This document shows positions 39,478-49,675 of a stretch of 64,000 nucleotides of DNA, one piece after another. Position numbers and translations under genes: made by a program. Within the stretch, counting starts at the first letter, position 1; each line of letters begins with the position of its first letter. The notes beneath the pieces are model-generated. The model saw only the letters and a program-made list of their open reading frames with translations, searched no databases and was not told the origin of the DNA. Source of the stretch: an uncultured bacterium (lineage in GTDB: Bacteria; Babelota; Babeliae; Babelales; Babelaceae); assembly GCA_963848965.1 (NCBI GenBank), contig CAWKFG010000004.1, positions 704,001 to 768,000 on the forward strand, in the 5' to 3' direction.

Positions 39478-40287
39478 CTACTTCTTTAGTCTATCTTCGT
39501 GCTCTTTAATAAGCCTTTCTGCTTTTCCATAGAGCTCGCTTATTTTTCTAAATCGATCTGCCATTTGCCGCGCTTGATCACCTGCTTTATAAACAGTCGG
39601 GTCTTCAGCAATCGAATACTCAAGCTGTACACCTGCATCTAAAAGCATTTTCAATACTTCTAAAGATTTTTCATCACCAGACTTGCTAATATTCATCAAT
39701 GTATAAAACATAATAGGTGGTGTATTTTTATCATATTTGATAGTACGTGGTTCAGCACCAGCATCAATATATTTTTTTATCTCTTTACCATCACCAAATT
39801 TTACTGCATCCATGAGCCGTTCATTCAGCTGATCTTTTGTAAATTGTGAAAGATCCGTTGGCCCTTCTAGTATTTCTTTGAGTTTTTCAATAAATTTTTC
39901 TTTTGGCATAAAACCAACAAGCTTGCCAATTACTTTCCCCATTTTAATGACTGCAAAAGTAGGAATACTATCAATTTCAAGCTTTTGAGCTAGTTCTTGC
40001 TCTTTTTCAGTATCAATTTTGGCAAATGCATAATCTTTGCTAAACTCCTGGGCTACCTCTTCAAAGATAGGAGCCATCATTTTGCAAGGAGGACACTGAT
40101 CTCCAAAACAATCTACGACCATAATTCCTGGAAACTCCAACATCAAAGCTCGCTCTTTGGTAATCTCAATTATAGGCGATGGAGCTTTTGCTGTTAATTT
40201 TACATCCTCAGAAGCTTCTTTTTCCATTGCTCTTACACCTACAGCAGAACAGCATAATACAACTAATAAAAAGAAATATTTTGTCAT
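39478..40287 (-). CDS. Secreted thioredoxin with C-terminal ankyrin-like region
   Basis: QCPPCKMMAPIFEE, IDSIPTF; C-terminal LMDAVKFGD..YIDAGA and MLLDAGV; signal peptide VRA|MEK. Confidence 0.8.
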   Translation of the reverse strand: MTKYFFLLVVLCCSAVGVRAMEKEASEDVKLTAKAPSPIIEITKERALMLEFPGIMVVDCFGDQCPPCKMMAPIFEEVAQEFSKDYAFAKIDTEKEQELAQKLEIDSIPTFAVIKMGKVIGKLVGFMPKEKFIEKLKEILEGPTDLSQFTKDQLNERLMDAVKFGDGKEIKKYIDAGAEPRTIKYDKNTPPIMFYTLMNISKSGDEKSLEVLKMLLDAGVQLEYSIAEDPTVYKAGDQARQMADRFRKISELYGKAERLIKEHEDRLKK

Positions 40288-40439
40288 GAAAACTCCTTAC
40301 AGTTAAAGGTAAAAGATCTATAAACATGTAGAAAGTATAGCTTCTTTTTATCTCTTTTCAAAAGCCTAACACATCAATCTACTAACCCATTGAGATTCTC
40401 TCATTTTCATGCTATTGTAAACCATTAAAAGAGGAATTG

Positions 40440-42185
40440 ATGGCTCCATACCTTAAAAATAACGTTACATATTTTTTAACCTTAGTGCTATTTTTTACCA
40501 GTATCCTTAAGGCTGGTATTGTACTTGTCATAGATGTTCCTGCCAATATGCAAAAAACGATCCATTACGCTCAAGAAACGGTAAAAACTGCTATTGGCAA
40601 AGTAAACCAAGCTGCTCAAAATGCTCATTATATTTTTGATCACTCACCATATGCTAGTCATATTACTCTCCGCTACTTAAAAAACGATACCTTAAGTGCT
40701 TCTGGAATGTTAGAAGTAGAACCAGCGCTTTCTTCTATTTTAAGCTCTGTAGCAAGCACTCATACGCCCTTTGGTCTCACTGATGAATTAAAAAAAGCTA
40801 CCTATGATGTGTGGCAAGGAAAATTTGAAGTTACCTGTAATGGTAAAAAGAAAAAGAATTATTTATCTATTGTAGTTATATTAGCACCTTCGGTAAAACT
40901 AACTGCTTTAGCAGATGCATTAAACGATCGTATACGCACTTTGCCTTCCTGTATAGAAAGAACATTCCCTTTTCGTGCTCACATCACTTTAGGTCGTATC
41001 TGTGAAGAAAATGACCAGGATGTTACGGTTCTTATGCAAACAGTTAAGGAAGCTTTACAAGAAAAAGCAGAAGCGCTTGCTGGAACAATTAGAAAACAGT
41101 TTAAGGTTACACATTTTAAGCTTGTTGGTCATGATGAAAATTCTGTAACATTTCCTCTTAATGCCACTGTTGGTTATAAGCAGATACAAACAATAGCTCC
41201 TCGCACGTGGTCACAAATATCTGGCTATCCTATAACGAGCGTTCATGAGCTCGCTTTTTGCCAATCTACAAATCATATAGCTCTTGGATTAGGAAAAAAA
41301 GTAGTTGTGTGTAATAGTACCACAGGAAACTATCTTTATGAAGGAACTATATCTTCTCAAAGCTATGGTGCTATACATAAAATGCTTTTCTCACCTACAG
41401 AAGCCTCCTTAGCAGTTGCTACAAGTGCATCTTTAGAAGTATGGGATGTTTCTAATAAGCAGCAAATAAGACTTTTTAAGCATTGTATTGGTTGGCAACG
41501 GCCTGATAAGGATTCTGATATTCCACCGTTTTACGGACATTATCCACCTTACTATGGATCTTCAATACCCCTCTTATGGCTTTCTCCAGATCAGTTGGTT
41601 TTTTGCTCTTTTAAAGATGCAACACCAAAAATGCACATTTTTAACGTTAAAACGAAAGCTCTATTTACAGTGCCTTATAAGCTTCCATTTAAGCCAGCTA
41701 CGCTAGCAGTTTCTCCTGATGAACGTTATATAGCAATGAGAGGTGATTACGGTGAGCCCATTATTTACACTGGTAATTTAAAGAATGGGCAACTACAGCA
41801 TCATAGATCGCTAAGAAATAACAATGAAAAGATTTTTTTCACATCTCCATTAGCATTTTCTCCCGATAGCTGTACTATCGCTTGTGGAGGTAATGACGGC
41901 TGTACTTATATCTTTGACATAAAGACAGGAAAATGCATAAAAACACTTAAAGTACCTTCATACGATATAACTTATCAAGCACCTTATATAACTATGGTCT
42001 CATATCTTTCTCATAACCTTATTCTTATGAGCACTCACAAAATGGTCTATATATATGATCTTACAAGAGTAGAGCCTCTTTTCCAGCTTAAAGGTCGCTG
42101 TACAGAGGTTTCAGCACAAGGACACCGTTTAGCAGTTGCCCACAAAGATAGTACTGTCTCTATTTGGACTCATAGCGGTACATAA
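40440..42185 (+). CDS. Secreted 2H phosphoesterase fused to WD40-like beta-propeller
   Basis: Two HxT motifs (ASHITL, RAHITLGR) about 107 aa apart; C-terminal FSP..LAV..VWD, AVSPDERY, AFSPD..IACGGND..IFD repeats. Confidence 0.75.
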   Translation: MAPYLKNNVTYFLTLVLFFTSILKAGIVLVIDVPANMQKTIHYAQETVKTAIGKVNQAAQNAHYIFDHSPYASHITLRYLKNDTLSASGMLEVEPALSSILSSVASTHTPFGLTDELKKATYDVWQGKFEVTCNGKKKKNYLSIVVILAPSVKLTALADALNDRIRTLPSCIERTFPFRAHITLGRICEENDQDVTVLMQTVKEALQEKAEALAGTIRKQFKVTHFKLVGHDENSVTFPLNATVGYKQIQTIAPRTWSQISGYPITSVHELAFCQSTNHIALGLGKKVVVCNSTTGNYLYEGTISSQSYGAIHKMLFSPTEASLAVATSASLEVWDVSNKQQIRLFKHCIGWQRPDKDSDIPPFYGHYPPYYGSSIPLLWLSPDQLVFCSFKDATPKMHIFNVKTKALFTVPYKLPFKPATLAVSPDERYIAMRGDYGEPIIYTGNLKNGQLQHHRSLRNNNEKIFFTSPLAFSPDSCTIACGGNDGCTYIFDIKTGKCIKTLKVPSYDITYQAPYITMVSYLSHNLILMSTHKMVYIYDLTRVEPLFQLKGRCTEVSAQGHRLAVAHKDSTVSIWTHSGT

Positions 42186-42195
42186 TTGCTGTAAC

Positions 42196-43866
42196 CTAAA
42201 GTACTTCTGATTTTACAAGTACTTTTTTGCCATGGAATGCTATACCGTAAGCTATACTCTCTTTAATGCCTTGTGATCGTAGCTCTTGAGCATAGTGTTT
42301 TTGGTGTATCTGATCCAGAGCTTTTTGAGCTGCAGATTCAAGATTCTCTAATTCAGATACCTTTTTGAATTCGATTATTATTCCACGCTTATGCGGTTCT
42401 CGAGGAATCAGCATAATATCATATCGTCCGAATCCGCTTTCACGATTTGACTTTACCTCATATGTATCATTCAGCATAACTAAAAGACCGAGCACAAAAA
42501 GATGATAACTCTTTTCTGGTTCCGAAGCTGGTAAATCATACATACTCATACTATTAAGAGCAAAGCCCTGAAGCAGTTCTTGAAAAACTACTGTATTACC
42601 CTGCACAAGTGCTTTCAATAACTCTTCTGCTTGATGACCAACTATAGCTTCTATGAAAATTGCCTTGATTAAAGAGGCATACAGATGTGATACTTCCTCA
42701 TTTGGAATGATAAGAGAACAAACTTTTTTTCCTTTTATAAGTTCATAATGAATATAGGTAAGATATCCAGTAAAAAGTAACAAACTCCATAAGACATGTG
42801 GAACTTGCTCAATTTCTGAAAAAGTAATTGATTCTTCTATCTCTTTAACAAGTATGTCACCATGTAAAAGATCTTCAAGCTCAGTTTTTGTGGCTCTATC
42901 TGCTCGAGCAATAAGCCTTTTCAAAAGTACGTTATCGCTGGTATTAACCCAATATAATTCTAAAGAGCCTTGATTTTGAGCACATTTCAAAACAGACCAC
43001 GGATTATAGAGAGTAGTCATATGGCCGAAAGTGTATCCGTTATACCAAGCACGAACGTCTTTATAAAGACTTTGTAATGCAAAATCCTGGAAAAGCACTT
43101 TTATTTCTTCATCAGTAAAACCAAATTTATCCGCCAAATGTACACTTGTGAGAGTAAAAACGTTAAGATTATTGAGCCCTGTAAATATCCCTGACTTAGC
43201 AAGAGCAAGAATTCCCGTAAGTACACTGCGCTCTAAATAACGATTATCTTTAAGCACTCCTGTAAGAATAGACCTCATAAACTCAAGCATAGAGGTATAA
43301 TACCCATGCATATATGCTGCATGCAAAGGAACGTCATATTCGTCTAAAAGAACAACAACCCTTTCTTTATAGCATGCATATAAAACTTCTGTTAAAAATA
43401 AAAGACTTCTTTCAAATGCTACCTTATCGGCCGACTTTGACAAGATTGCTTCGTATTCAACTCTTTGGTAAGAAGAAAGCGTCCCTAAAACAACAGACGC
43501 ATGTCGGTGAAATTCATCTGAGATAACATTTATAATATGTTTATAAGCATCTTCCCAGGTAGCAACTTTAACATCTTTAAAAGTAAGAAAAATAACTGGG
43601 TAACGTCCTTGGTAGTGGCGATAATTTGCTTCTTTCCAAATATCCATCGGATGGAAAAGATGATCATTATTTTCTTGAGTACGCTCAAAAAAATATCTGA
43701 GCATTGATAAATTAAGCGTTTTACCGAATCTCCGAGGACGAGGAATAAGAGTCACCTCTCCTCCAACAGTTATAAGATCTTTTACAAGAAATGTTTTATC
43801 AACATAGTAATAATCGCCCTCAATAAGCTTTTTATAATCGCTGATACCTATAGGAAGTTTCTTCAT
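42196..43866 (-). CDS. AAA-ATPase-like protein with C-terminal PD-(D/E)XK nuclease
   Basis: MKKLPIGISDY, RPRRFGKT, LLDEYD, GLNNL, WYNGY, YNPWS, SNRESGFGRYDI..IIEFK. Confidence 0.92.
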   Translation of the reverse strand: MKKLPIGISDYKKLIEGDYYYVDKTFLVKDLITVGGEVTLIPRPRRFGKTLNLSMLRYFFERTQENNDHLFHPMDIWKEANYRHYQGRYPVIFLTFKDVKVATWEDAYKHIINVISDEFHRHASVVLGTLSSYQRVEYEAILSKSADKVAFERSLLFLTEVLYACYKERVVVLLDEYDVPLHAAYMHGYYTSMLEFMRSILTGVLKDNRYLERSVLTGILALAKSGIFTGLNNLNVFTLTSVHLADKFGFTDEEIKVLFQDFALQSLYKDVRAWYNGYTFGHMTTLYNPWSVLKCAQNQGSLELYWVNTSDNVLLKRLIARADRATKTELEDLLHGDILVKEIEESITFSEIEQVPHVLWSLLLFTGYLTYIHYELIKGKKVCSLIIPNEEVSHLYASLIKAIFIEAIVGHQAEELLKALVQGNTVVFQELLQGFALNSMSMYDLPASEPEKSYHLFVLGLLVMLNDTYEVKSNRESGFGRYDIMLIPREPHKRGIIIEFKKVSELENLESAAQKALDQIHQKHYAQELRSQGIKESIAYGIAFHGKKVLVKSEVL

Positions 43867-44114
43867 ATACCTTTTCCTAAGAGTTTTTGAGTTCGTTGTC
43901 TCTTTCTTAAGTCATTATCTTAGTATATCATAGAAGCTAGAGAAATAAGAGCCTTATAACTTTGAGCATTGCATAGTATGCAAAAGTGTTTTATAATGGT
44001 AGTATAGATAAGTTACAATACTCTTATAAAGAAGGCAATAGCCCTTGCTAGAAGGCAAAGTTTGTATCCTAGTCTAAATTAAAGTCATAGTTTAGCGAAA
44101 TTTAAAGGATTTTT

Positions 44115-44456
44115 ATGCTTTACGGTTTACTTATAACATTATTCGTTGTCCTCTGTGCTACACTTATACTTCTTATCCTTATTCAAAAAGGTAAAAGCAG
44201 TATGGGCCTTGGTAACTTGGGCGGTGGTACCCAGCTTTTATTTGGTGGTTCTGGCGGTCAAGATGTGATGCAAAAAGCTACCTGGGTTATGGGAACCATT
44301 TTTATGTGTGGTTCATTAGTTATTGCTATGATTAAAAAGCCTGTTACTTCTGATATCCTTGGACAGCTGAGCACACAACAAGCAGCTCCTGCTATTAAGG
44401 TTCCTGCGGCACCTACAGCACAAGCTCAACAACCAGCACAGCAGCCTCAAAAATAA
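44115..44456 (+). CDS. secG: Preprotein translocase subunit SecG
   Basis: Two TMs, LILIQKGK..GLG..GG..LFG motif. Confidence 0.92.
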   Translation: MLYGLLITLFVVLCATLILLILIQKGKSSMGLGNLGGGTQLLFGGSGGQDVMQKATWVMGTIFMCGSLVIAMIKKPVTSDILGQLSTQQAAPAIKVPAAPTAQAQQPAQQPQK

Positions 44457-44474
44457 CTTTATAGGACGGTACCG

Positions 44475-45254
44475 ATGGAACTGTTTACTGTCCTTGGTAC
44501 TTCAGCCCTCTATGCTTTGTATGGATTAGGCGCCTTTGTTTTATTTGTACTTAATAGCATTTCAACCTTTTTCTCTACAAAGTTAAAAACAAAGCAGCTT
44601 GCTATCCAAATGAAACGTATAGGAGTTGATTCGTTTCCCATCATTGTGTTAAGCAGCCTTTCTGTAGGCTTCGCTCTTGCCTTACAAACCTATATTGGTC
44701 TTATACGCTTTGGTGGTGAAGAGGTGCTTGGTGTTGTCGTAGCTCTAGGTATAACACGAGAATTGGGGCCCGTTCTTACTGCTCTTATGGTTACTGGCCG
44801 TTGTGGTTCTGCCATGGCAGCAGAACTTGGTACTATGCAAATTACTGAACAAATAGATGCCTTACGAACCTTGCGTATTAATCCTTATCAATATCTTGTT
44901 GTACCTCGTATTGTAGCAGCTACTGTTATTCTTCCTTTTCTAACGGTTTTTGCAATGATCTGCGGTATTACAGGAGGATATCTTTATACTGCTTATGCAT
45001 CAGACTTAAATGCAAGCACGTATGTGACAAACATTCAGCAATATATAATGCTCAAAGACATTTTAGGCGGCCTTATAAAGTCGAGCTTTTTTGGCCTTAT
45101 TCTTGCAACAGTAGGTACCTACATGGGTTATACAACATCTGGTGGAGCAGAAGGTGTCGGCAAAGGAACAACACAAAGTGTCGTTATAGGCTCTATAGCT
45201 ATTCTGGTAGCTAATTACTTTTTAAGTTCACTCTTGTTTAAGGTGGGCATATGA
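44475..45254 (+). CDS. mlaE: MlaE-family ABC permease
   Basis: RELGPVLTAL..GRCGSAMAAELGTMQITEQIDAL; GGAEGVG..TT.SVV. Confidence 0.92.
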   Translation: MELFTVLGTSALYALYGLGAFVLFVLNSISTFFSTKLKTKQLAIQMKRIGVDSFPIIVLSSLSVGFALALQTYIGLIRFGGEEVLGVVVALGITRELGPVLTALMVTGRCGSAMAAELGTMQITEQIDALRTLRINPYQYLVVPRIVAATVILPFLTVFAMICGITGGYLYTAYASDLNASTYVTNIQQYIMLKDILGGLIKSSFFGLILATVGTYMGYTTSGGAEGVGKGTTQSVVIGSIAILVANYFLSSLLFKVGI

Positions 45255-46030
45255 TTGAACTTATTGATCTTAAAAAGCAATTTGATGATCGTTGGATTAC
45301 TAATGGCATTACACTCAGCATTCCAACAGGTAAAGCTACGTGCATTATAGGAAGATCTGGAGAAGGTAAATCAGTTTTATTAAAGCAAATTATGGGGCTC
45401 ATTAAGCCTACGTCTGGCAAAATACTCATTGAAGGCAAAGATATAACAACTCTAAAAGAAAAGCAAAAAGAAGAGCTTTTTAAAAAGTGCGGCTATGTAT
45501 TTCAGTTTGCAGCACTTCTTGATTCTTTAAACATCCTTGAAAACGTAGGGCTCACATTGTTAGAGCATGGTGCTTCTTTAGAGCAAGTAACGCCTATAGT
45601 CAAAGAAAAACTCGCTTTAGTAAATCTTGGTGAAGATATTCTTTATAAATACCCTTCAGAGCTTTCTGGTGGTATGCGCAAACGAGTAGGCATTGCCCGA
45701 ACTCTTATTTCTAACCCTTCAATTATCCTCTATGATGAACCGACAACTGGCCTTGATCCTATAACATCTCGACTTGTCTATGAGCTTATCGCAGACACAC
45801 AAAAGCGATTTAAGGTAACTTCAGTAGTTATTTCACATGATGTTGAGATATTCAAGTATGTTGATCATGTAGCACTATTGCAAGAGGGCCAAATAAAATA
45901 CTTTGGTGATGCAAAAACTATTTGGGACTCAGATAATCCTTATGTCTATCAATTCATCCGCGGTCTTTTAAAAGGCCCTATTCAACCTGATGTTACTATA
46001 CGTATGCGTCAACGAAGATTTAAAAAGTAA
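45251..46030 (+). CDS. mlaF: MlaF-family ABC ATP-binding protein
   Basis: GRSGEGKS, VFQFAALLDSL, ELSGGMRKR, YDEPTTGLDP; coupled to mlaE. Confidence 0.9.
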   Translation: MIELIDLKKQFDDRWITNGITLSIPTGKATCIIGRSGEGKSVLLKQIMGLIKPTSGKILIEGKDITTLKEKQKEELFKKCGYVFQFAALLDSLNILENVGLTLLEHGASLEQVTPIVKEKLALVNLGEDILYKYPSELSGGMRKRVGIARTLISNPSIILYDEPTTGLDPITSRLVYELIADTQKRFKVTSVVISHDVEIFKYVDHVALLQEGQIKYFGDAKTIWDSDNPYVYQFIRGLLKGPIQPDVTIRMRQRRFKK

Positions 46031-46032
46031 TA

Positions 46033-46719
46033 TTAGTCTTCGTCGCCTTCTGATCTTCCTAAAATTTCCTGAGCGTCTTGTACAACATCAAGGAAGAACT
46101 CTGCTGTTTTTCGAAAATGCTTTGTCTGCATAGCCTTTGACTGCTTAGCTTCTTGTAGCTGTAAAACACTCAATGCTGGTAGTACCTTTGTAAGGAATTC
46201 AAGCCGCAAATAGTTCATATCTTCTAGAATTTCAGGATCTGTAATAGCTCTTTGCTGTAATAGTGCAGGATTTTCTTTTACTCTTTCAAGAATAGTTCCA
46301 AAACGAGTCAGAAGATTTAGTAACGTTTGTCTATCAGTATCACTTAATACTTCATTTATCTTAGATACTAATATTGCAAAGCTATCTCTTAAGCTTTCGA
46401 TTACATTATCTAATGAATCTTTAAATTCTTCACTTTTGCTAGCCGTTCCTAAAGCACGAACAATATTCGTATAAGGAATAGATACACGCCCTGGTGCACG
46501 AGAAGCTGCAGATCTTTTATCTTTTAACAATTTTGCAACAATGCGCTGAATATCCTCTCTTCTTATGGGCTCTCGCGTTTCAGATACCCGAGCAGTTTCT
46601 TCAGGTTGAATATCAATAATAATCTCTTCCTCATCACCTGCTGTCCTAGATGCTGCATCTTCAAACTCTTGTGCTATGCACAGTGGAGTAAATGTAAGAA
46701 CCATCCATAACTTTTTCAT
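46033..46719 (-). CDS. Exported helical hypothetical protein
   Basis: Start at ATG 46719 (MKKLW...CIA|QEF); acidic N-terminus. Confidence 0.7.
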   Translation of the reverse strand: MKKLWMVLTFTPLCIAQEFEDAASRTAGDEEEIIIDIQPEETARVSETREPIRREDIQRIVAKLLKDKRSAASRAPGRVSIPYTNIVRALGTASKSEEFKDSLDNVIESLRDSFAILVSKINEVLSDTDRQTLLNLLTRFGTILERVKENPALLQQRAITDPEILEDMNYLRLEFLTKVLPALSVLQLQEAKQSKAMQTKHFRKTAEFFLDVVQDAQEILGRSEGDED

Positions 46720-46951
46720 ACTCTTTTTCCCTTTGCATAAAAATTGTTTAATACCTTTACTATTTATATTACCATTTTTTAATTTCAAATAGCAATTGTA
46801 ATGCTTATTTGAGGTATAATAATTAAAAAAACCCTTGCTGCTACGCACCTTTTTATGCCATACCGGTAAAAAGAGGGTGTTGAAAAAAACAAATATTTAG
46901 CCTACTATTATTCAATAAAACTGTATAATCCTTATAAATAAAGGGGGCCTT

Positions 46952-47323
46952 ATGCTACATAGATATATTTTATTAGCAACTATAATAACCTTCCTCTTTT
47001 CTCTTAATGCTATGTATAATAAAGAAAATAACTCTCCACTAGCAAACGGTGTAAACTTTCACTCCGTGTGTGGTAATCCAGAAGGATATGTTTTCAGAGG
47101 ACATTATCAAAACAAATTGTCATTCGATTCTCCGCTTGCAGATGGCGGACGTTTGGTAGTAACAAAAGTTGTACGAGGAGATCATGAAGGCGATATAGAA
47201 GCGAAAGTATACCCTTCCAATAGTACAGCGTATGCTCTTCCACTATCCGTAGCTCTCTGGTGCTTTAATCTTTTATCAAAACGATTTTATCAACAATCAA
47301 GCAATATTGTAGAGAAGGCATAA
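46952..47323 (+). CDS. Small secreted hypothetical protein (paralog of 50072-50383)
   Basis: GGGGG RBS, signal peptide LNA|MYN; shares CG.P.GYV.RG..Q.KLS.DS.LA.GGR..VTKVVRG and KRFYQQSSNIVEKA with the paralog. Confidence 0.8.
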   Translation: MLHRYILLATIITFLFSLNAMYNKENNSPLANGVNFHSVCGNPEGYVFRGHYQNKLSFDSPLADGGRLVVTKVVRGDHEGDIEAKVYPSNSTAYALPLSVALWCFNLLSKRFYQQSSNIVEKA

Positions 47324-47750
47324 ACTCAGACATAAGTATTCATGCACTTTTCTCTTAGTACTTATCACAGATACGAAAGTTGTTAACAGATAAGCTCTTG
47401 AGCGTAATTTCTTTCTGCTCAAGAGCCTTTCAAGTAGCAATGTCCAACTCTCTAACTTCTTCAGATACTGTTATAGTGCCTTAATATACAAAGATAACCA
47501 TTAAATCCATTATATTATGTAGTATATTTGCTAATAAACGAATTATGTTATATTATAATATAAAATATTTATTAAAATTAAAAATAAAGGCACAGAATGC
47601 TTAAAATAATACTGCTTATAACCCTTATGACACTCAACTTTTTTAGTTACACAATGGAAGAACAGCAATTAAGTTCTCCTCAATCTACTAATACTACCTC
47701 TCTTCAAGAGCAGGAAGTACAAAGACTATTATCTTTTTTACGCCAGTCGG
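46990..47750 (+). repeat. Diverged segmental duplication, copy A
   Basis: Small gene, GCTCTTGAGC/GCTCAAGAGC hairpin, AT-rich promoter region and MLKIILLI gene start are all repeated at about 50049-50835. Confidence 0.8.
47394..47426 (+). terminator. Hairpin terminator
   Basis: GCTCTTGAGC-N13-GCTCAAGAGC; the same stem with a different loop occurs at 50454-50494. Confidence 0.6.
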
Positions 47751-47974
47751 AAGATGAAGATAGAGCCATTTTAGGTTTACATAGTACACGATCTACTTTA
47801 CTCAATATACTACCGCACCTTTCTGCTAACACAGAAATAGATCCTTTAGAAAAGGGGTACATCTTTAGTTCAACATCTACGTATTCTATGGGCAAAAGTA
47901 CTATGCCTGCTCCCGCTTCACCATTATCAGAAGAACAAGGTAAGCGTAAAGAAACCAAGCAAGAAGGTAAATAA
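47597..47974 (+). CDS. Short secreted Ser-rich protein, paralog of the N-terminus of 50675-52684
   Basis: MLKIILLI..YT|MEE..SSP..QEVQRL..L.QS shared with the 669-aa ankyrin protein. Confidence 0.65.
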   Translation: MLKIILLITLMTLNFFSYTMEEQQLSSPQSTNTTSLQEQEVQRLLSFLRQSEDEDRAILGLHSTRSTLLNILPHLSANTEIDPLEKGYIFSSTSTYSMGKSTMPAPASPLSEEQGKRKETKQEGK

Positions 47975-48068
47975 ATCTTATTGAATATTCTAACTTTAAA
48001 ATACGTGGACAACTTTTTATGCAGATTCTATACTAATATTATTTAAGTATAAGAAAAGAAAGAACTGC

Positions 48069-49658
48069 ATGAAGAAAGCACTTATTATTTTTATCTTATT
48101 AGTTGTTGGTATATACATAGGCTATCGCACTTTACATCCAACTCAACCATCTCCTTACACACTCTATGCCAACCTTATACCAGGTACTTATAGAGTTGGT
48201 TTTACTAACCTTGATAAAGAAGTAGCTCTTGAAGATCTGCCTATCAAAGGAACAATTCCTGTATGGCTCTCTGGGACACTGCTTCGTAATGGTCCTGCAA
48301 AGTTTACCCAAGGCAACAGTGCAGTGTCTAATTGGTTTGATGGACTTGGTATGCTGCATGCATTTTCATTTCATGATGGTAAAGTCTCATACGCTAATAA
48401 ATTTTTACGCTCTGACGATTATGAGACTGTTCAAAGAACAGGTAAGATGTCATACGCAGGCTTTGCGCAAGACCCTTGTAAATCACTGTTTAAAAGATTT
48501 TTCTCGTTCTTTGTTCCAGCTTCTAAAAAGCTATCTATGCCAAATGCAAACGTTAACATCGCACGGTATACAGATACCTTCATAGCATTAACTGAAACTC
48601 CATTACCTATCACATTTGATTCAAAGACACTTGATACGCTTGGTGTCTTACATTACAACGACACATTCCCAAAATCAAAAATACATGAAAGTGCACATCC
48701 GCAGTATGATCCAGAAAGAAAAGAGCATATAAGTTACCTTACTCAATTTGGACGAGTCAGCAAGCTTGTACTTTATCGCATTAAAGATGGAACAACACAA
48801 AGACAGCCTATTGCTACCATAGAAGTAGATAGACCTTCGTATATGCATAGCTTTGCACTTACAAAACAGTATGCAATTCTAACTGCTATCCCTTTAGTAG
48901 TTAATCCACTTGATCTTCTTTTAAAGCAACAAGCATTTATCAAGAACTTTAAATGGCAGCCAGAGCGAGGAACTCAGTTTATTGTTATTGACAGAATTAA
49001 TGATAAACTCATTGGCTCTTTTAAAGGACCTGCATTTTTCACATTCCATCATGTAAATGCATATGAACAAGATGATAGTCTTATACTTGATCTTATAGCA
49101 TATCCTGATGGCAAAGACATTGGACAAGCGTCATTAGATAAAATTTTAGCTCAAAAGCACAAACAAAGTTCTACTCCTGTAGCAGAACCTGACGTTGAAG
49201 TTGTAGAAACTGGTAAGTTAACACGTTATACAGTTGCAATGAAAACAAAGCAGATAACACAAGAGGCTATCTCACAAGAGCTTATTGAACTACCACGTAT
49301 TAATGACTCATTTAATGGCAAAGACTATACGTATGTATACGCTGCAGGCAGAAATGATAAAGAGATGTCTTATGTGTTTGATATGCTTGCAAAAATTAAT
49401 GTAAAAACAAAAGAGGTAAAAAAATGGTATCAAGATAAGTGCTATCCAGGAGAACCTGTATTTGTACCATCTCCACAAGCTCAAAAAGAGGACGATGGTA
49501 TTGTTCTTTCAGTTGTACTTGATGCACAAAAAGGAACTTCGTTTTTACTTATTTTAAACGCAGAAACGTTTACTGAGCTTGGTAGAGCAGAACTTCCACA
49601 CCATGTTCCATTCGGCATTCATGGCATTTATACAAAGAAATCAGATGCTAGATATTAA
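48069..49658 (+). CDS. Carotenoid oxygenase (RPE65/CCD family)
   Basis: G.IPVWLSGTLLRNGP, WFDGLGMLH, SAHP, SYMHSF, FHHVNAYE, ELPRIN, EPVFVP, EDDG, PFGIHG (four Fe-binding His); N-terminal TM anchor. Confidence 0.93.
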   Translation: MKKALIIFILLVVGIYIGYRTLHPTQPSPYTLYANLIPGTYRVGFTNLDKEVALEDLPIKGTIPVWLSGTLLRNGPAKFTQGNSAVSNWFDGLGMLHAFSFHDGKVSYANKFLRSDDYETVQRTGKMSYAGFAQDPCKSLFKRFFSFFVPASKKLSMPNANVNIARYTDTFIALTETPLPITFDSKTLDTLGVLHYNDTFPKSKIHESAHPQYDPERKEHISYLTQFGRVSKLVLYRIKDGTTQRQPIATIEVDRPSYMHSFALTKQYAILTAIPLVVNPLDLLLKQQAFIKNFKWQPERGTQFIVIDRINDKLIGSFKGPAFFTFHHVNAYEQDDSLILDLIAYPDGKDIGQASLDKILAQKHKQSSTPVAEPDVEVVETGKLTRYTVAMKTKQITQEAISQELIELPRINDSFNGKDYTYVYAAGRNDKEMSYVFDMLAKINVKTKEVKKWYQDKCYPGEPVFVPSPQAQKEDDGIVLSVVLDAQKGTSFLLILNAETFTELGRAELPHHVPFGIHGIYTKKSDARY

Positions 49659-49675
49659 GTGGTAATAGACCGCTC

